Numbered from the stretch's first letter, positions 50,123-60,234 are shown. The stretch: 64,000 nucleotides of DNA from an uncultured delta proteobacterium (GCA_963840855.1 CAWJBB010000067.1:1-64000), one strand, 5' to 3'. Program-made: numbers and translations. The notes: generated by a model not told the origin, from the letters alone.

Positions 50123-50578
50123 ATGGAAAAGAATATCGTCAATTGGCAGCTATTAATTCCACTACTGGTTACTACCGTTGTTGCTGTGTCTGGTTGGGTT
50201 GTGGGTCACAGACTCAACGCTCAACGCGATCTCCAAAACAAGCGAATAGAACTGCGCATCAAATACCTTCTGGAAGCTTATAGGAACCTTGAGTCCTCGG
50301 TAGAAACGGAAGTATCCCGAAAAAATCTGGATATCCTTGAGTCCGCAATTTCTGACATACAATTACTGGGCACTCCGGAGCAAGTGGATAAGGTTCTGTC
50401 TTGGTCAAGCCAGTTTTCAAAGGTTGGAATTCAAAAAGACGTTAATCTCCAGGACCTTTTAGAAGATTTGCGGACGAGCCTTCGCAGAGAACTGGGATTG
50501 CCCAAAATAGATCAAAAAATACGTCATGTGAAATTTACACTTGCGTCAGACGCAAAGAAAACATTGCGTGCAGAATGA
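50123..50578 (+). CDS. AT-rich hypothetical protein with N-terminal TM helix
   Basis: MEKNIVNWQLLIPLLVTTVVAVSGWVVG then helical region; visibly lower GC than its neighbours. Confidence 0.7.
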   Translation: MEKNIVNWQLLIPLLVTTVVAVSGWVVGHRLNAQRDLQNKRIELRIKYLLEAYRNLESSVETEVSRKNLDILESAISDIQLLGTPEQVDKVLSWSSQFSKVGIQKDVNLQDLLEDLRTSLRRELGLPKIDQKIRHVKFTLASDAKKTLRAE

Positions 50579-50844
50579 AGCAGCCGCAGCCTCACAAATG
50601 CTGTCGACAGTGTGATCGGCCGCCCGCCGCTTGCGTCGATGGCCTGCCTAGCGATATATCAGCCGCATTATGGCCCGATATATCCCGCGAACCTGCCCCA
50701 AATGCGTGACTATTTCGGTGCCGTCGTGATCTAACCCTTATACCTTGGCTATCGGCGCCTTAGGTTCAGTTGAAAACTGGCTGAGCAACGACGACGCTCT
50801 AAAATTGCTTGCGGTTGACGACGAAATACCCATGCTCTCACTTT

Positions 50845-50963
50845 GTGGTCCACTCAGTATACTATCGCGCAGCAAGTCCATGATCTGAGGAACCGTATGC
50901 ATCAAAAATGCACGTACGGGTCTGTGGGAGCCTCGGGAGGATGACCGCCCGGGGCCACCCGGC
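50845..50963 (+). mobile_element. group II intron 3' remnant (RT/maturase tail plus domains V-VI)
   Basis: [12 protein letters not shown] then gaggaaccgtatgcatcaaaaatgcacgtacgggtctgt (DV-like) and gggagcctcgggagg...cccggggccacccggc (DVI-like). Confidence 0.75.
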
Positions 50964-51091
50964 CGCGAACCTTCTCTGATGCTCAACGCATTTCTTTTCT
51001 AGGTCTTCCGCGTGGCCCAAAACACCCACTGCCCGGATTCGGCGAGTTTGTATCTGCTTGACCAGCGCTGCCGTCCTGATAACAGTTGCAA

Positions 51092-52141
51092 ATGGCAATG
51101 AAAAAACTAGTCGTACTCATGCTATCTGCGTCAATTATAATTATCGCGCATCGCGGCGCGTTGGCTCAAACGAATTTTTATCAGGGCAAGACGATGACGT
51201 TTATCGTCAACATGGCTGCCGGCGATGCCAACGATCTTTGGGCGCGCGCGCTGGCGCGCAATCTGGTGAAATATATTCCCGGGCATCCCAATATTGTCGC
51301 CCAGAATATGGCCGGCGGCGGTTCGATGATTTCAGCGAATTATCTCTACAGCGTCGCTAAACCCGACGGCCTCACCATCGGTCAAACCTCCGCCAGTCTC
51401 TATTTCCAGCAACTCACCGGCCGGCCCGAGGTGCAATTCGATTGGCGCAAGTTCAGTTGGATCGGCTCGGCGGGCCTGGTTGAGGCGCTGCTGATGATGC
51501 GCGCCGATGCGCCGTACAAATCGATAGAGGATATCCGCACTGCTGGCGAGCCACCCAAATGTTCAGCCACGGCCCCGGGGTCGAGTGGACATATCAGCCT
51601 CAAAGTTTTGGAAGATGCGCTGGGCGCGAAGTTTCGCTTGGTCACCGGTTACAAGAGCGGCAGCGATCAAGATCTCGCCATCGAAAGAGGCGAAGTGCAA
51701 TGCCGTTCGGTGTCCTCTGCGTCCTTCCTCGCCCGCGAGCCGTTCATCAGTTGGCAGAAAAAAGCCTTCATCCGCATCCTGGTGCAGAGCGGACGCAAGC
51801 GTAATCAAAAACTTGCCGAAGTACCGACGATCTACGAGTTGATGAAGCGCTACCAAACGACGGACGCGAAGCAGCGAGTGGCTGCGGTGCTGCTCGGCGC
51901 CGATCACTTCGGCCAATACCTCGCCGTGGCGCCGCCGGGCACGCCGTCCGATCGCGTGAAGATTTTGCGCGAAGCTTACAGTCGCGCTCTCAAGGACGCC
52001 GATTTGATCGAAGAGGCCAAGCGCCGCAATTGGAGCACCGACTCTATAAGCGGGGAAGAGCTGCAAACTTTGGCCAAGGAAGTGATCGATCAGCCGCCAC
52101 AGCTAATTGGACGCATCAAAGAGCTGCTGAGTGGTAACTAA
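51092..52141 (+). CDS. TctC/Bug family substrate-binding protein
   Basis: [41 protein letters not shown]. Confidence 0.9.
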   Translation: MAMKKLVVLMLSASIIIIAHRGALAQTNFYQGKTMTFIVNMAAGDANDLWARALARNLVKYIPGHPNIVAQNMAGGGSMISANYLYSVAKPDGLTIGQTSASLYFQQLTGRPEVQFDWRKFSWIGSAGLVEALLMMRADAPYKSIEDIRTAGEPPKCSATAPGSSGHISLKVLEDALGAKFRLVTGYKSGSDQDLAIERGEVQCRSVSSASFLAREPFISWQKKAFIRILVQSGRKRNQKLAEVPTIYELMKRYQTTDAKQRVAAVLLGADHFGQYLAVAPPGTPSDRVKILREAYSRALKDADLIEEAKRRNWSTDSISGEELQTLAKEVIDQPPQLIGRIKELLSGN

Positions 52142-52241
52142 TCGTGTTTCACGCCGATTGAGCCTTTATTCGTAGCGTAGGGGCTACGAAGAGAAGGGAA
52201 ACTAAATAGGAACTAAATAGGGTCAGCTCAGGGACGATTTT

Positions 52242-52916
52242 ATGTGCGGCCGCTACACGTATTTTCCCGCTGAATTTTCCGATCTTCGCCTTACCTGGAA
52301 TGTTGACGAAGTCTTCGGTTTAGATTTAAAGCCCCGCTATAACATCGCTCCGACTCAAGAAGCGCCAGTAATCGTTCAAGCGGACGCAAAGAGAAAAATC
52401 GAGCTGTTCCGCTGGGGATTGATCCCATGGTGGGCAAAAGATCCGGCCATCGGTAACAAGATGATCAATACCCGCGCTGAAACGCTTGCCGAGAAACCGG
52501 CATTCAGGGACCTGTTAGGAAAGCGCCGCTGTCTCGTTCTTGCCGATGGCTTTTATGAATGGCGGAAGGAAGGAAAGGGCAAGGTTCCTATGCGCTTCAA
52601 ACTCAAGTCTGGAGAGCCGTTCGCGTTCGCCGGCCTGTGGGATACCTGGAAACAACCAGATGGAAATCTCTTGCGCACCTATACGATTGTCACGACGGAA
52701 CCCAACGACGTGTTAAGGCCGATCCATGATCGAATGCCCGCTATGCTGAGCAACGACGAAGCGCAAAAATGGCTTGCCGTTGATGACGAAATCGCCCATG
52801 CGCTCGCCCTCCTGAAACCATATCCGCCGGAAAAGATGGAAGGCTACGAAGTGTCACCACTCGTGAGCAATCCCCGAAACGATTCGCCGGAATGCATCCG
52901 GCCGATTAAAGGTTAA
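52242..52916 (+). CDS. SOS response-associated peptidase (SRAP, YedK/HMCES family)
   Basis: N-terminal MCGRY, PRYNIAPTQ, WGLIP.W, RCLVLADGFYEW, IHDRMP. Confidence 0.95.
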   Translation: MCGRYTYFPAEFSDLRLTWNVDEVFGLDLKPRYNIAPTQEAPVIVQADAKRKIELFRWGLIPWWAKDPAIGNKMINTRAETLAEKPAFRDLLGKRRCLVLADGFYEWRKEGKGKVPMRFKLKSGEPFAFAGLWDTWKQPDGNLLRTYTIVTTEPNDVLRPIHDRMPAMLSNDEAQKWLAVDDEIAHALALLKPYPPEKMEGYEVSPLVSNPRNDSPECIRPIKG

Positions 52917-53136
52917 ATCGCCATGATGGAACGGCTAAAAATCGAACTTGAAGATATCCAGACAATCCAGATATAACCTGGCGCGGAGTGATGGCTGAGA
53001 AACTGAACAAGGAACCGGTGTCCCGTTCGCACATGAAGACGCTCAAGTGTTTCAGGAGCCTTTTCACTGAAACCATTCAACTACTATGAAACCATACTCT
53101 CGATCCATCTTTGACCTCTTCGATGGCAAGCGCCGC

Positions 53137-53208
53137 TAAAATCTTGCCCGCCGCGGCGGTTGCGCGCATCGCTCCCGTGATCCCCACCGAATGCCAGCCC
53201 CGTCCCTG
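53137..53208 (-). pseudogene. MmgE/PrpD internal remnant
   Basis: QGRGWHSVGITGAMRATAAAGKIL. Confidence 0.5.
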
Positions 53209-53305
53209 CGGGCCGGCGCCTTCCCAACCTTCGGAGTCGAACCGAGTCCGACCTTGAAGCCTTCGACGAACTCAGGGCAGTTTGAACCCGGAATGTTGAG
53301 CTCAA

Positions 53306-54377
53306 TTACTTGCTCGCCAATCCCCAAATTGCCGTGATTTTCTTCGTCAACCCCGGTGAGTACTCCCCCTCATCCCAGCCGGTGAAGATCGCCTTCGCTT
53401 TCGCCTCTTTGAAATCCTTCCACGTGTCGGTGCCCTCGAGAAAAGGCGAGCCCCGGCCGACCTTGTCATAACCCTTTTGTGCTTCGGTGGAGGCAAGCCA
53501 GCCCGTCAGTAGCAAAGCTGCGTTGGGAGATTTAGCGCCTTTCATGATGCCAAGCGATTCGTTTAGGCTCACCGGAACTTCGTCGGGCCAAGCGATTTTC
53601 AATTTGGCCGCGGGATCGTTGCGCAATACGCTATCGACCGAAGCGTAGGAGGTGCCGCAGACCATCGCGAACTCGCCCGCCGCAATCATGGTTAAAGGCC
53701 TTGGTGATGCCGCGCTGCCAGCTGGGATTTTGTTCCTTGATGCGCTTGGCAAACTGCAGAATGCGCTGCTCACCCCACGCCGGATAGAGGCTCACCAGAG
53801 CCGTGGGACGGACGTCCATCGCAAACTTGCCTTTCCAGTACGGGTGGAGGCAATCGTCCCATTTGTGCGGCACTCGCTCCGGCGGCACCAGGCTCGGATT
53901 GTAGGCGATCACTCTTGGGTAGAAGGAACCACCCGCCATGTAGCCGTTCGGGCTCACGTGTTCTTTCGGGGTCTTTGGAAAATACTTCTCCCAATTAAAC
54001 GGCCCGGCCAATACGCCGCCCTTTACGAACCTGCTCCGCAGCTCCGTGACGATTTTGACCGCATCGTATTCGGTGCGTCCCACTAGCGCTTCGGTAAAAG
54101 TCTTTTCGCCGGATTCGATGCCGGTCGTGCTCTCGTATTCGACTTTTATTTCCGGGTATTTTTTGTAGAAGCCGTCGAGTACGGTGGCCACTTCTTTGAG
54201 GTCGAGCGCAGCGAGAACCCGGACTCTCCCCTCTTTCTGCGCGAGCTTGACGAGTTCTTCGACGCTGCTGCCGAAACCCTGAGGTACGGAAGCTGCATAC
54301 ACCGGCGCAATGCCGACTATCCAGAGCACTCCGACCGCGCCCGCCCATGCCAGGTTCTTCGACTTCCGATGCTTCAT
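53306..54377 (-). CDS. ABC transporter substrate-binding protein, split by an apparent +1 base near 53695
   Basis: AQKEGRV, IAYNPSLVPPERVPHKWDDCLHPYWKG; removing one T restores ITKALTMIAAGEF...AKSPNAALLL. Confidence 0.85.
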
Positions 54378-54695
54378 CGTGCTATCTCCTACGAAGCAAA
54401 AGTAGTGTCAGGCTTTGCTTCTTTGATATTGCGGCGCGCTCCCTACGCGTTGCGACAGGATCGAGGTATGGGACGCGGAAAAACAACAGACTTTTGTCTT
54501 TCTCACCAATCAGCTCTTTTGCCATCGATTTCGATTCCAATCGTTTCTGTTTTTCCTTAGGCATCTTCCTTCACCTTCAATATTCGGTAAGAGAGAATGC
54601 AACGACGATCGTTTTCGAACCTGCCGCAAATAAGCTAAACGCGTTACAGCAGAACGCAGTCATTCTAACCCAGCCGGAATCCATTGGCCCTATTA

Positions 54696-54986
54696 TTAGA
54701 AAAGTTCCACTCGGATATGGCGGCCGAGCACCTGCGCCGCACGTGCGAGAGTCTCAAGAGTTACGCCACTATGAGAGGGATCCAACAGGCGGTCCAGCTG
54801 GCTCCGGCTTGTTTTCATCCGGCGCGCCATTTGTAATTTGCTCATGCGTCGGGCCTTCATCGCCTCTTCGAGTTGCCAGGCTATGACCCGCTTCACCGCG
54901 ACGGTTTCCACCTCATTGTAAACACCTTCGTCCTTCAAAAAATCATCAAACGAAGAGCCAATTCGGCCTTTCTTGCGACTCGTCAT
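54696..54986 (-). CDS. XRE/HigA-like antitoxin
   Basis: IGSSFDDFL..EG, MSKLQMARRMKTSRSQLDRLLDP...VTLETL. Confidence 0.88.
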   Translation of the reverse strand: MTSRKKGRIGSSFDDFLKDEGVYNEVETVAVKRVIAWQLEEAMKARRMSKLQMARRMKTSRSQLDRLLDPSHSGVTLETLARAAQVLGRHIRVELF

Positions 54987-55393
54987 TTTTCAGTCTCCTT
55001 GAGTCTCTTGCGCGCGAGCGACAAATCTTCATCCGGCGTTTGCTGTGTTTTCTTTATGAACCCGTGCAATAGTACCATCTGGTTCCGTACGATCCCGAAG
55101 ATCACGCGCGCGATCCGGTTATTTCGGAGCATCCTACGCACCTCCCAGAGACCTTGCCCTAAGGGGCGACATGTCGGCATGCCGATGGGCCAACCGTATT
55201 CAACAGTGGCGATATCTTCTCCAATCACCTTACGGTCTTCGGCGTCGAGAGCCTTAAGCCACTCCCTCACCGGCTCCCGGCCAGCGCCGCTCTGATAAAA
55301 AGCGGCTGGGATCTTCTTTAATCGCGTCGCACGTTCGATTCCGCGGGTGAACAGTGGCTTCTGGTGAGTTACTGTACCATAATAGGTGCACAC
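54983..55393 (-). CDS. RelE/ParE (Gp49/HigB-like) toxin; true start probably near 55321
   Basis: FYQSGAGREPVREWL, GWPIGMP.CRPLG.GLWEVR, LLHGFIKKTQ.TP; 4-bp overlap with the antitoxin. Confidence 0.88.
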   Translation of the reverse strand: MCTYYGTVTHQKPLFTRGIERATRLKKIPAAFYQSGAGREPVREWLKALDAEDRKVIGEDIATVEYGWPIGMPTCRPLGQGLWEVRRMLRNNRIARVIFGIVRNQMVLLHGFIKKTQQTPDEDLSLARKRLKETEK

Positions 55394-55490
55394 GTCAAAT
55401 CTCTGTCCGCTTGTCCAGATTATAGCCGTGTCCGTGAAATCCGAGAGACCGGCGGAAAGCCTGGGGCAAATCGTGAGGGATGATCAGGCC

Positions 55491-55784
55491 TGAGTATTGA
55501 CTAACTTGCCTTCCGCATCTCGCCCGCAAAATTCATTGACCATCGACTGAGCGACATTGATTAAAAAGAGGTTACAGTAAGTCCGCTTTTAGCTTTTATT
55601 AGACATCGGGTGCGGATCATGTCGCAGTCAGCCCAGCACCTTCAGATCTAAACGAATCGTGATGAGCTTTCTCGGCTCGTCGCCCGCTTCACTTGCGATC
55701 TTCGCTGGAAACTCGACGACCTCGGTGATGGCGTTTTTTTGATGAGCAGCCTGCCGGCGCGTTGGTTAACCCGCAGATAAAAAG
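55491..55784. repeat. diverged direct repeat, copy A
   Basis: Two blocks (tgagtattgac..cgacatt and tctaaacgaa..gataaaaag) recur at 56926-57208. Confidence 0.8.
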
Positions 55785-55915
55785 CAGGAGAAAAAGGCTT
55801 GCATGTGTGAATAGACTCTGGCCTCATCAATGACGACTGCGGACAAATCGCCTCGGGAACGTGCCTTCATTTCTAAACGATCTTGCAGCCGCTCGCTTAC
55901 TTCGGGTTGAGTCCT

Positions 55916-56401
55916 TCAGAAGTAGCCGATTAGGCGTCCCAACGTTAGGGCTGTGAGCCAGGTGGCGAGCGATGTGCCGGCGGCGAGCCGCAACGGTAGT
56001 GGCGGCTTGGCGTGCAACGATGCGATTTCCGAAGCTTGGGCAGACGGTAGCATGCGTAACGTCAAAACGTTTGCCGTCCCGATGGCCACGACGAGCATTT
56101 TAGCGATGAAAAGGTTGGGAGCTATATACTCAGTGGCCCGGGTGATGAACAGAAGCGTCCCAAAAACTATTGCCAGAACAAGACCGATGCCGGCGCTGCG
56201 AGTCAGGACGCCCCACAGCGGCGCGAGCGGTACGGAACGCCACGCTCCGAGAAGACGGAGATCCAAGGGCAGGATCGATCCGACCAGAAGCGCCACGCCG
56301 AGGATGTGAGCGGCGTTGACCAGCGGATAGCTCCAAACCGAATTGCGGAGCGCCGCCGCGACCTCCGTCGCTTCCAGGGCCGCGGCCCATTCTTCGAGCA
56401 T
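55916..56401 (-). CDS. membrane protein (DUF6644/DUF2214-like)
   Basis: WSYPLVNAAHILGVALLVGSILPLDLRLLG, four TM helices, ends GRLIGYF. Confidence 0.75.
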   Translation of the reverse strand: MLEEWAAALEATEVAAALRNSVWSYPLVNAAHILGVALLVGSILPLDLRLLGAWRSVPLAPLWGVLTRSAGIGLVLAIVFGTLLFITRATEYIAPNLFIAKMLVVAIGTANVLTLRMLPSAQASEIASLHAKPPLPLRLAAGTSLATWLTALTLGRLIGYF

Positions 56402-56422
56402 CTGCGCGCCGCGGGCCGCTAC

Positions 56423-56806
56423 TCAGGACTGGCGGTCCGGGTAAAGATTGTAGCTCTTGCCGTTGATGACCACGCGCTCGGCCTTCATCAACCGCTCGCC
56501 TTTCTTGGCGGAGCGATGGCCGTGCGCGGTGATGACTTGTCCCTTGCTCAGCATCTTCGGCGTGAGTCCCGCATTATCGTTGCGCCAAGGCTGGCCCACT
56601 TCGACGATCCACTTCTCGCCCTTGACGTTCAGTGTCAGCTCGCCGTGAGGATTGCCCAGCCGCACGGCCGCAATCTCGCCGGTGAGTTGGAATTCCTCGG
56701 CGGTCGCCCAACCCCAGCCATGATGAGCCGAAGCCGCTTGCGCCAGGAAGACTCCCGCGAACAACGCGAGGAGCGCCAGCCGAACTTTTCTTGATACTGA
56801 GTTCAT
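56423..56806 (-). CDS. exported DUF6152-like protein
   Basis: Signal peptide then AHHGW, L.G.I......NPH. Confidence 0.75.
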   Translation of the reverse strand: MNSVSRKVRLALLALFAGVFLAQAASAHHGWGWATAEEFQLTGEIAAVRLGNPHGELTLNVKGEKWIVEVGQPWRNDNAGLTPKMLSKGQVITAHGHRSAKKGERLMKAERVVINGKSYNLYPDRQS

Positions 56807-56925
56807 CACAAACCCCCAAATCATAATCTGGATTTCATATTAACGGTTCGGATCGCCAAGCGCTACGCCGGCCCAATCCAAAACGCATATCGGGGGATTT
56901 GTGTGAGCAGCGTGAAGGGCAGGCG

Positions 56926-57208
56926 TGAGTATTGACCAACTCGCTTTTCGCATCTCGCCGGCCAGGATTTCGTTGACTAGCGACTGAACGACATTTAGGG
57001 TTCAAATCGTCCAACGGCCGTGTTCGTGTTCCGTGACCGTGTCTTCAGAATCAACCCGAGACTTTGCGTCTAAACGAAACTCGATGAGCTTTCTCGGCTC
57101 GTCGCCCCCTCCTCTGCGATCTTCACTGGAAACCAAACTCGACCTCGATGATGACGTCTTTTTTGATGAGCAGATTGCCGGCGCGTTGGCTAACCCGCGG
57201 ATAAAAAG
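56926..57208. repeat. diverged direct repeat, copy B
   Basis: Matches the two blocks at 55491-55784. Confidence 0.8.
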
Positions 57209-57285
57209 GGACCTAGATCCATTGAGCGGAATTGTTATGCTGGAAAGTGCTTGGGCCCAACACTGAGTATTAACCTGATGCCGTT

Positions 57286-58587
57286 ATGAAGAGTGACACA
57301 GCTGAGGTTCTGTCGATCGGTGGGCGCGAGGTCCATGTAACCCACCCCGACAAGCCGTATTTTTCTAAGCAGACGAAGCTCTCGAAACTCGATCTCGTGC
57401 GCTACTATATATCGGTCGCGCCGGGCGCTCTCGCTGGCATCCGGGACCGTCCGCTGGTTCTCAAGCGCTTCGTCGATGGTGCCGAAGGCGAGGCGTTCTA
57501 TCAGAAACGGGCCCCCGCCAAGCGGCCCTCGTGGTTGCGCACCGTTACGCTGTCATTTCCATCGGGCCGCAAAGCGGAAGAGGTCGTCGTCGACGACGCG
57601 GCGGGGCTCGCGTGGATCGTGAACCTGGGCTGCATCGAGCTCCATCCACACCCCGTGCGCTCCGGCGATCTCGAGCACCCGGACGAGTTGCGCGTCGACC
57701 TCGATCCAGGTCCCGGCGTCGCATGGGATGACGTGCGCCGTGTGGCTCTCGAGGTAAAATCGTTTATCGACGAGATGGGGCTTCGTGGCTGGCCGAAGAC
57801 GAGCGGTTCGCGGGGAATGCATGTGAATGTGCGGATCGAACAGTGCTGGACGTTCGTCGACGTGCGCCGTGCCGCGCTCGCGCTATCGCGCGCAGTCGAG
57901 CGCCGTTTACCGGCACTGGCCAGCTCGAAATGGTGGAAGGAGGAGCGTCACGGCGTGTTCCTCGACTACAACCAGAACGCGAAGGACCGCACGACCTGCT
58001 CCGCCTATTCCGTGCGTCCCGTTCCAGACGCCCGCGTGTCCACGCCGCTTCACTGGCACGAGGTCCCCGACTGCGACCCAGCCGACTTCACCGTGCTCAC
58101 GGTTCCCAAGCGCTTATCGGAGCTCGGCGACCCGCACGCAGACATCGACGCCGCGCCGGGTTCGCTCGAAAAGCTGCTGGAACTCGCGGCCGAAGACGAA
58201 GCGGCGGGTCTCGGCGACGCACCCTGGCCTCCACACTTTCGTAAGATGGAAGGCGAAGCACCGCGCGTCCAGCCTTCGCGCGCCCGCGCCGCGGTGAAGA
58301 AACCCGCCACGAAGAAGCCACGAACGAGGATGCCGCTTCTGGTGGTCGCGAACTCTCCGGACAAAGAAGCGGCCCTCGCCGGTCTGGAAAGATGGAAGAG
58401 TAGACATCCCGAAGTGGCCAGCCTTCTCGCCGTGGACGACGTGCTGATCGACTCCATGCGCGGCAGGTCATCCACCTGGACTCGCATCCGAGTGAACCTG
58501 CGTAATGTGCCCGAAGGGTTGCGCCCGCCGCAAGAAACCCCCGACCCTGATAACGATCCAACGCGTGAATGGCGTAGCCGAAGGTAA
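57286..58587 (+). CDS. stand-alone LigD polymerase-domain primase-polymerase with C-terminal extension
   Basis: THPDKPYF, FYQKRAP, PDELRVDLDP, KTSGSRGMH, FLDYNQN...T.CSAYSVR. Confidence 0.9.
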   Translation: MKSDTAEVLSIGGREVHVTHPDKPYFSKQTKLSKLDLVRYYISVAPGALAGIRDRPLVLKRFVDGAEGEAFYQKRAPAKRPSWLRTVTLSFPSGRKAEEVVVDDAAGLAWIVNLGCIELHPHPVRSGDLEHPDELRVDLDPGPGVAWDDVRRVALEVKSFIDEMGLRGWPKTSGSRGMHVNVRIEQCWTFVDVRRAALALSRAVERRLPALASSKWWKEERHGVFLDYNQNAKDRTTCSAYSVRPVPDARVSTPLHWHEVPDCDPADFTVLTVPKRLSELGDPHADIDAAPGSLEKLLELAAEDEAAGLGDAPWPPHFRKMEGEAPRVQPSRARAAVKKPATKKPRTRMPLLVVANSPDKEAALAGLERWKSRHPEVASLLAVDDVLIDSMRGRSSTWTRIRVNLRNVPEGLRPPQETPDPDNDPTREWRSRR

Positions 58588-58589
58588 GA

Positions 58590-58657
58590 GTTCAAGGTTC
58601 AAAGTTCAAGGTTGAGGGAATCGGGGGACGTTGAACACGGAACATTGAACGTTGAAC
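58590..58657. repeat. hairpin of tandem heptamers (GTTCAAG)n / (NNTTGAA)n
   Basis: gttcaag gttcaaa gttcaag ... cgttgaa cacggaa cattgaa cgttgaa. Confidence 0.8.
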
Positions 58658-58673
58658 CGCCCGCGGAAGCGGG

Positions 58674-59762
58674 CTAGCGACCGGCGGCGAAAATCACCGC
58701 CAGCTCTTGTGGTGGCACGACTTCGAGCTGCGCATACGTGCAGTCGCTCGGCTTCTTGTCCGTGCGCCACCTGCGAAACTGCGCCGTGTGACGGAAGCGG
58801 CTGCCCTGCATGTGGTCGTAAGCGACTTCGACGACCAGTTCGGGACGGAGCGGCTCCCAGGACAAGTCCTTGCCGCCGCTCCAGCGGCTCTGGGCGCCAG
58901 GCATGCGATGTTCGGTTTCAGCGCTCGATGGTGCATGCTCGGCCCAATCTTTCCAAGGGTGAGCGGCCAAGGCGTTTTCGCGGTACGGCGCGAGGAATTC
59001 TACCAGCTCGCATCGCTTCTTGTCCGTGAAGCTCGCGCAGACGCCGACATGCTGCAACGCGCCGGAGTCGTCGAAAAGGCCGAGCAGGAGTGAGCCAACA
59101 GCCGCGCGTTCACCTTTTTTGTGCCAGCGAAAACCGGCAACGACACAATCGCAGTCGCGCTCGTGCTTGACCTTGAGCATCACGCGCTTATTGGATTCGT
59201 AGCTTCCGGAAACCGGCTTGGCGACGACGCCGTCGAGACCGGCGCCCTCGAAGCGACGAAACCAGTCCGCCGCTATGCTTAATTCGCTGGTTGCAGGCGT
59301 CAGATGCAGTGGCGGCGCTGCAGATGAAAGCAGCGATTCCAGCACTCGCCGGCGATCTTGGAACGCCATGCTGCGCAGATCTCGCTCGCCCTCGCTCAGG
59401 AGATCGAAGAACACGATGGACGCTGGAATTTCCTGTGAGAGAAGCTTTACCCGCGAGCTAGCGGGATGAATGCGGAGCTGCAGGGCATCGAAGTCGAGGG
59501 CGCCATGCTTTGCCACGACGATTTCGCCGTCGAGCGCACAGCGCGCGGGCAGCTGTGAGCGGAGCGGCTCGAGCAATTCCGGAAAGTAGCGATTGAGCGA
59601 TTTTCCGTCGCGACTCTGGATCAAAATCTCGTCCTCGTCGCGAAACACCAGGGCGCGGAACCCATCCCATTTCGGTTCATAGATCCATGTTCCGCCTATC
59701 GGTAATTCGCCGACCCGCTTGGCGAGCATCGGCATAACTGGCGGGTTCACAGGAAGATGCAT
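58674..59762 (-). CDS. ligC: ATP-dependent DNA ligase, LigC type
   Basis: MHLPVNPPVMPMLAK, YEPKWDGFR, LDGEIV, FEGAGLDGVVAK, SRWSGGKDLSW.PLRPELVVEV.YDHM. Confidence 0.9.
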   Translation of the reverse strand: MHLPVNPPVMPMLAKRVGELPIGGTWIYEPKWDGFRALVFRDEDEILIQSRDGKSLNRYFPELLEPLRSQLPARCALDGEIVVAKHGALDFDALQLRIHPASSRVKLLSQEIPASIVFFDLLSEGERDLRSMAFQDRRRVLESLLSSAAPPLHLTPATSELSIAADWFRRFEGAGLDGVVAKPVSGSYESNKRVMLKVKHERDCDCVVAGFRWHKKGERAAVGSLLLGLFDDSGALQHVGVCASFTDKKRCELVEFLAPYRENALAAHPWKDWAEHAPSSAETEHRMPGAQSRWSGGKDLSWEPLRPELVVEVAYDHMQGSRFRHTAQFRRWRTDKKPSDCTYAQLEVVPPQELAVIFAAGR

Positions 59763-59964
59763 ATCTAAGGCAGCCAGTCTCTAGGTCAGGTTGTGCATGA
59801 CACATTCCGCTGGTTTCACGTAGTTAAATATCGCCTGGCCATTATTTATTAATGTACCGGAAAAGCGTCAACGCACCAACGACATGCCTGTCTTAGAAAC
59901 CAAAGCGGAGGCGAAAATCCCTCCCTCCTTTTTTTGATTTATACCGATTTATTCTCCTTCGCCG

Positions 59965-60088
59965 AATACCTCGCAGCTTGCTGCGAGGATGAAGGTGAGG
60001 AGAACCCTCCGTAGCCTTGGCGAAGGAGGGTGGAAGGGCTTCGGAGAATTTCGCAAGATACCTCGGAGCTTTGCTCCGAGGAGCTTCA
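59965..60088. mobile_element. non-coding element with twin terminal hairpins (IS200/IS605-end or REP-like)
   Basis: ata-cctcgcagc-tt-gctgcgagg and ata-cctcggagc-ttt-gctccgagg flank ccctccgtagccttggcgaaggaggg. Confidence 0.55.
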
Positions 60089-60234
60089 TTTACCCCGTTT
60101 ACCGTACCGGCCGGCTCCGAAACGATTTGAACATTTTGAACGGCTCGAACGATTTGAATAGCGGCGCTTCGCGCCGTACCCTTGGCTGGTGGAAAACTTT
60201 TCTTGATTGCGATAAGTGAATTTCTATCTTTTAT

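Noticed and set aside
50020-50660. Integron cassette (attC) around the AT-rich ORF
   Set aside because: No convincing RYYYAAC...GTTRRRY pair and no integrase in the window
54382-54564. 60-aa ORF between the SBP gene and the TA module
   Set aside because: No recognisable motif; cannot be supported without a homology search
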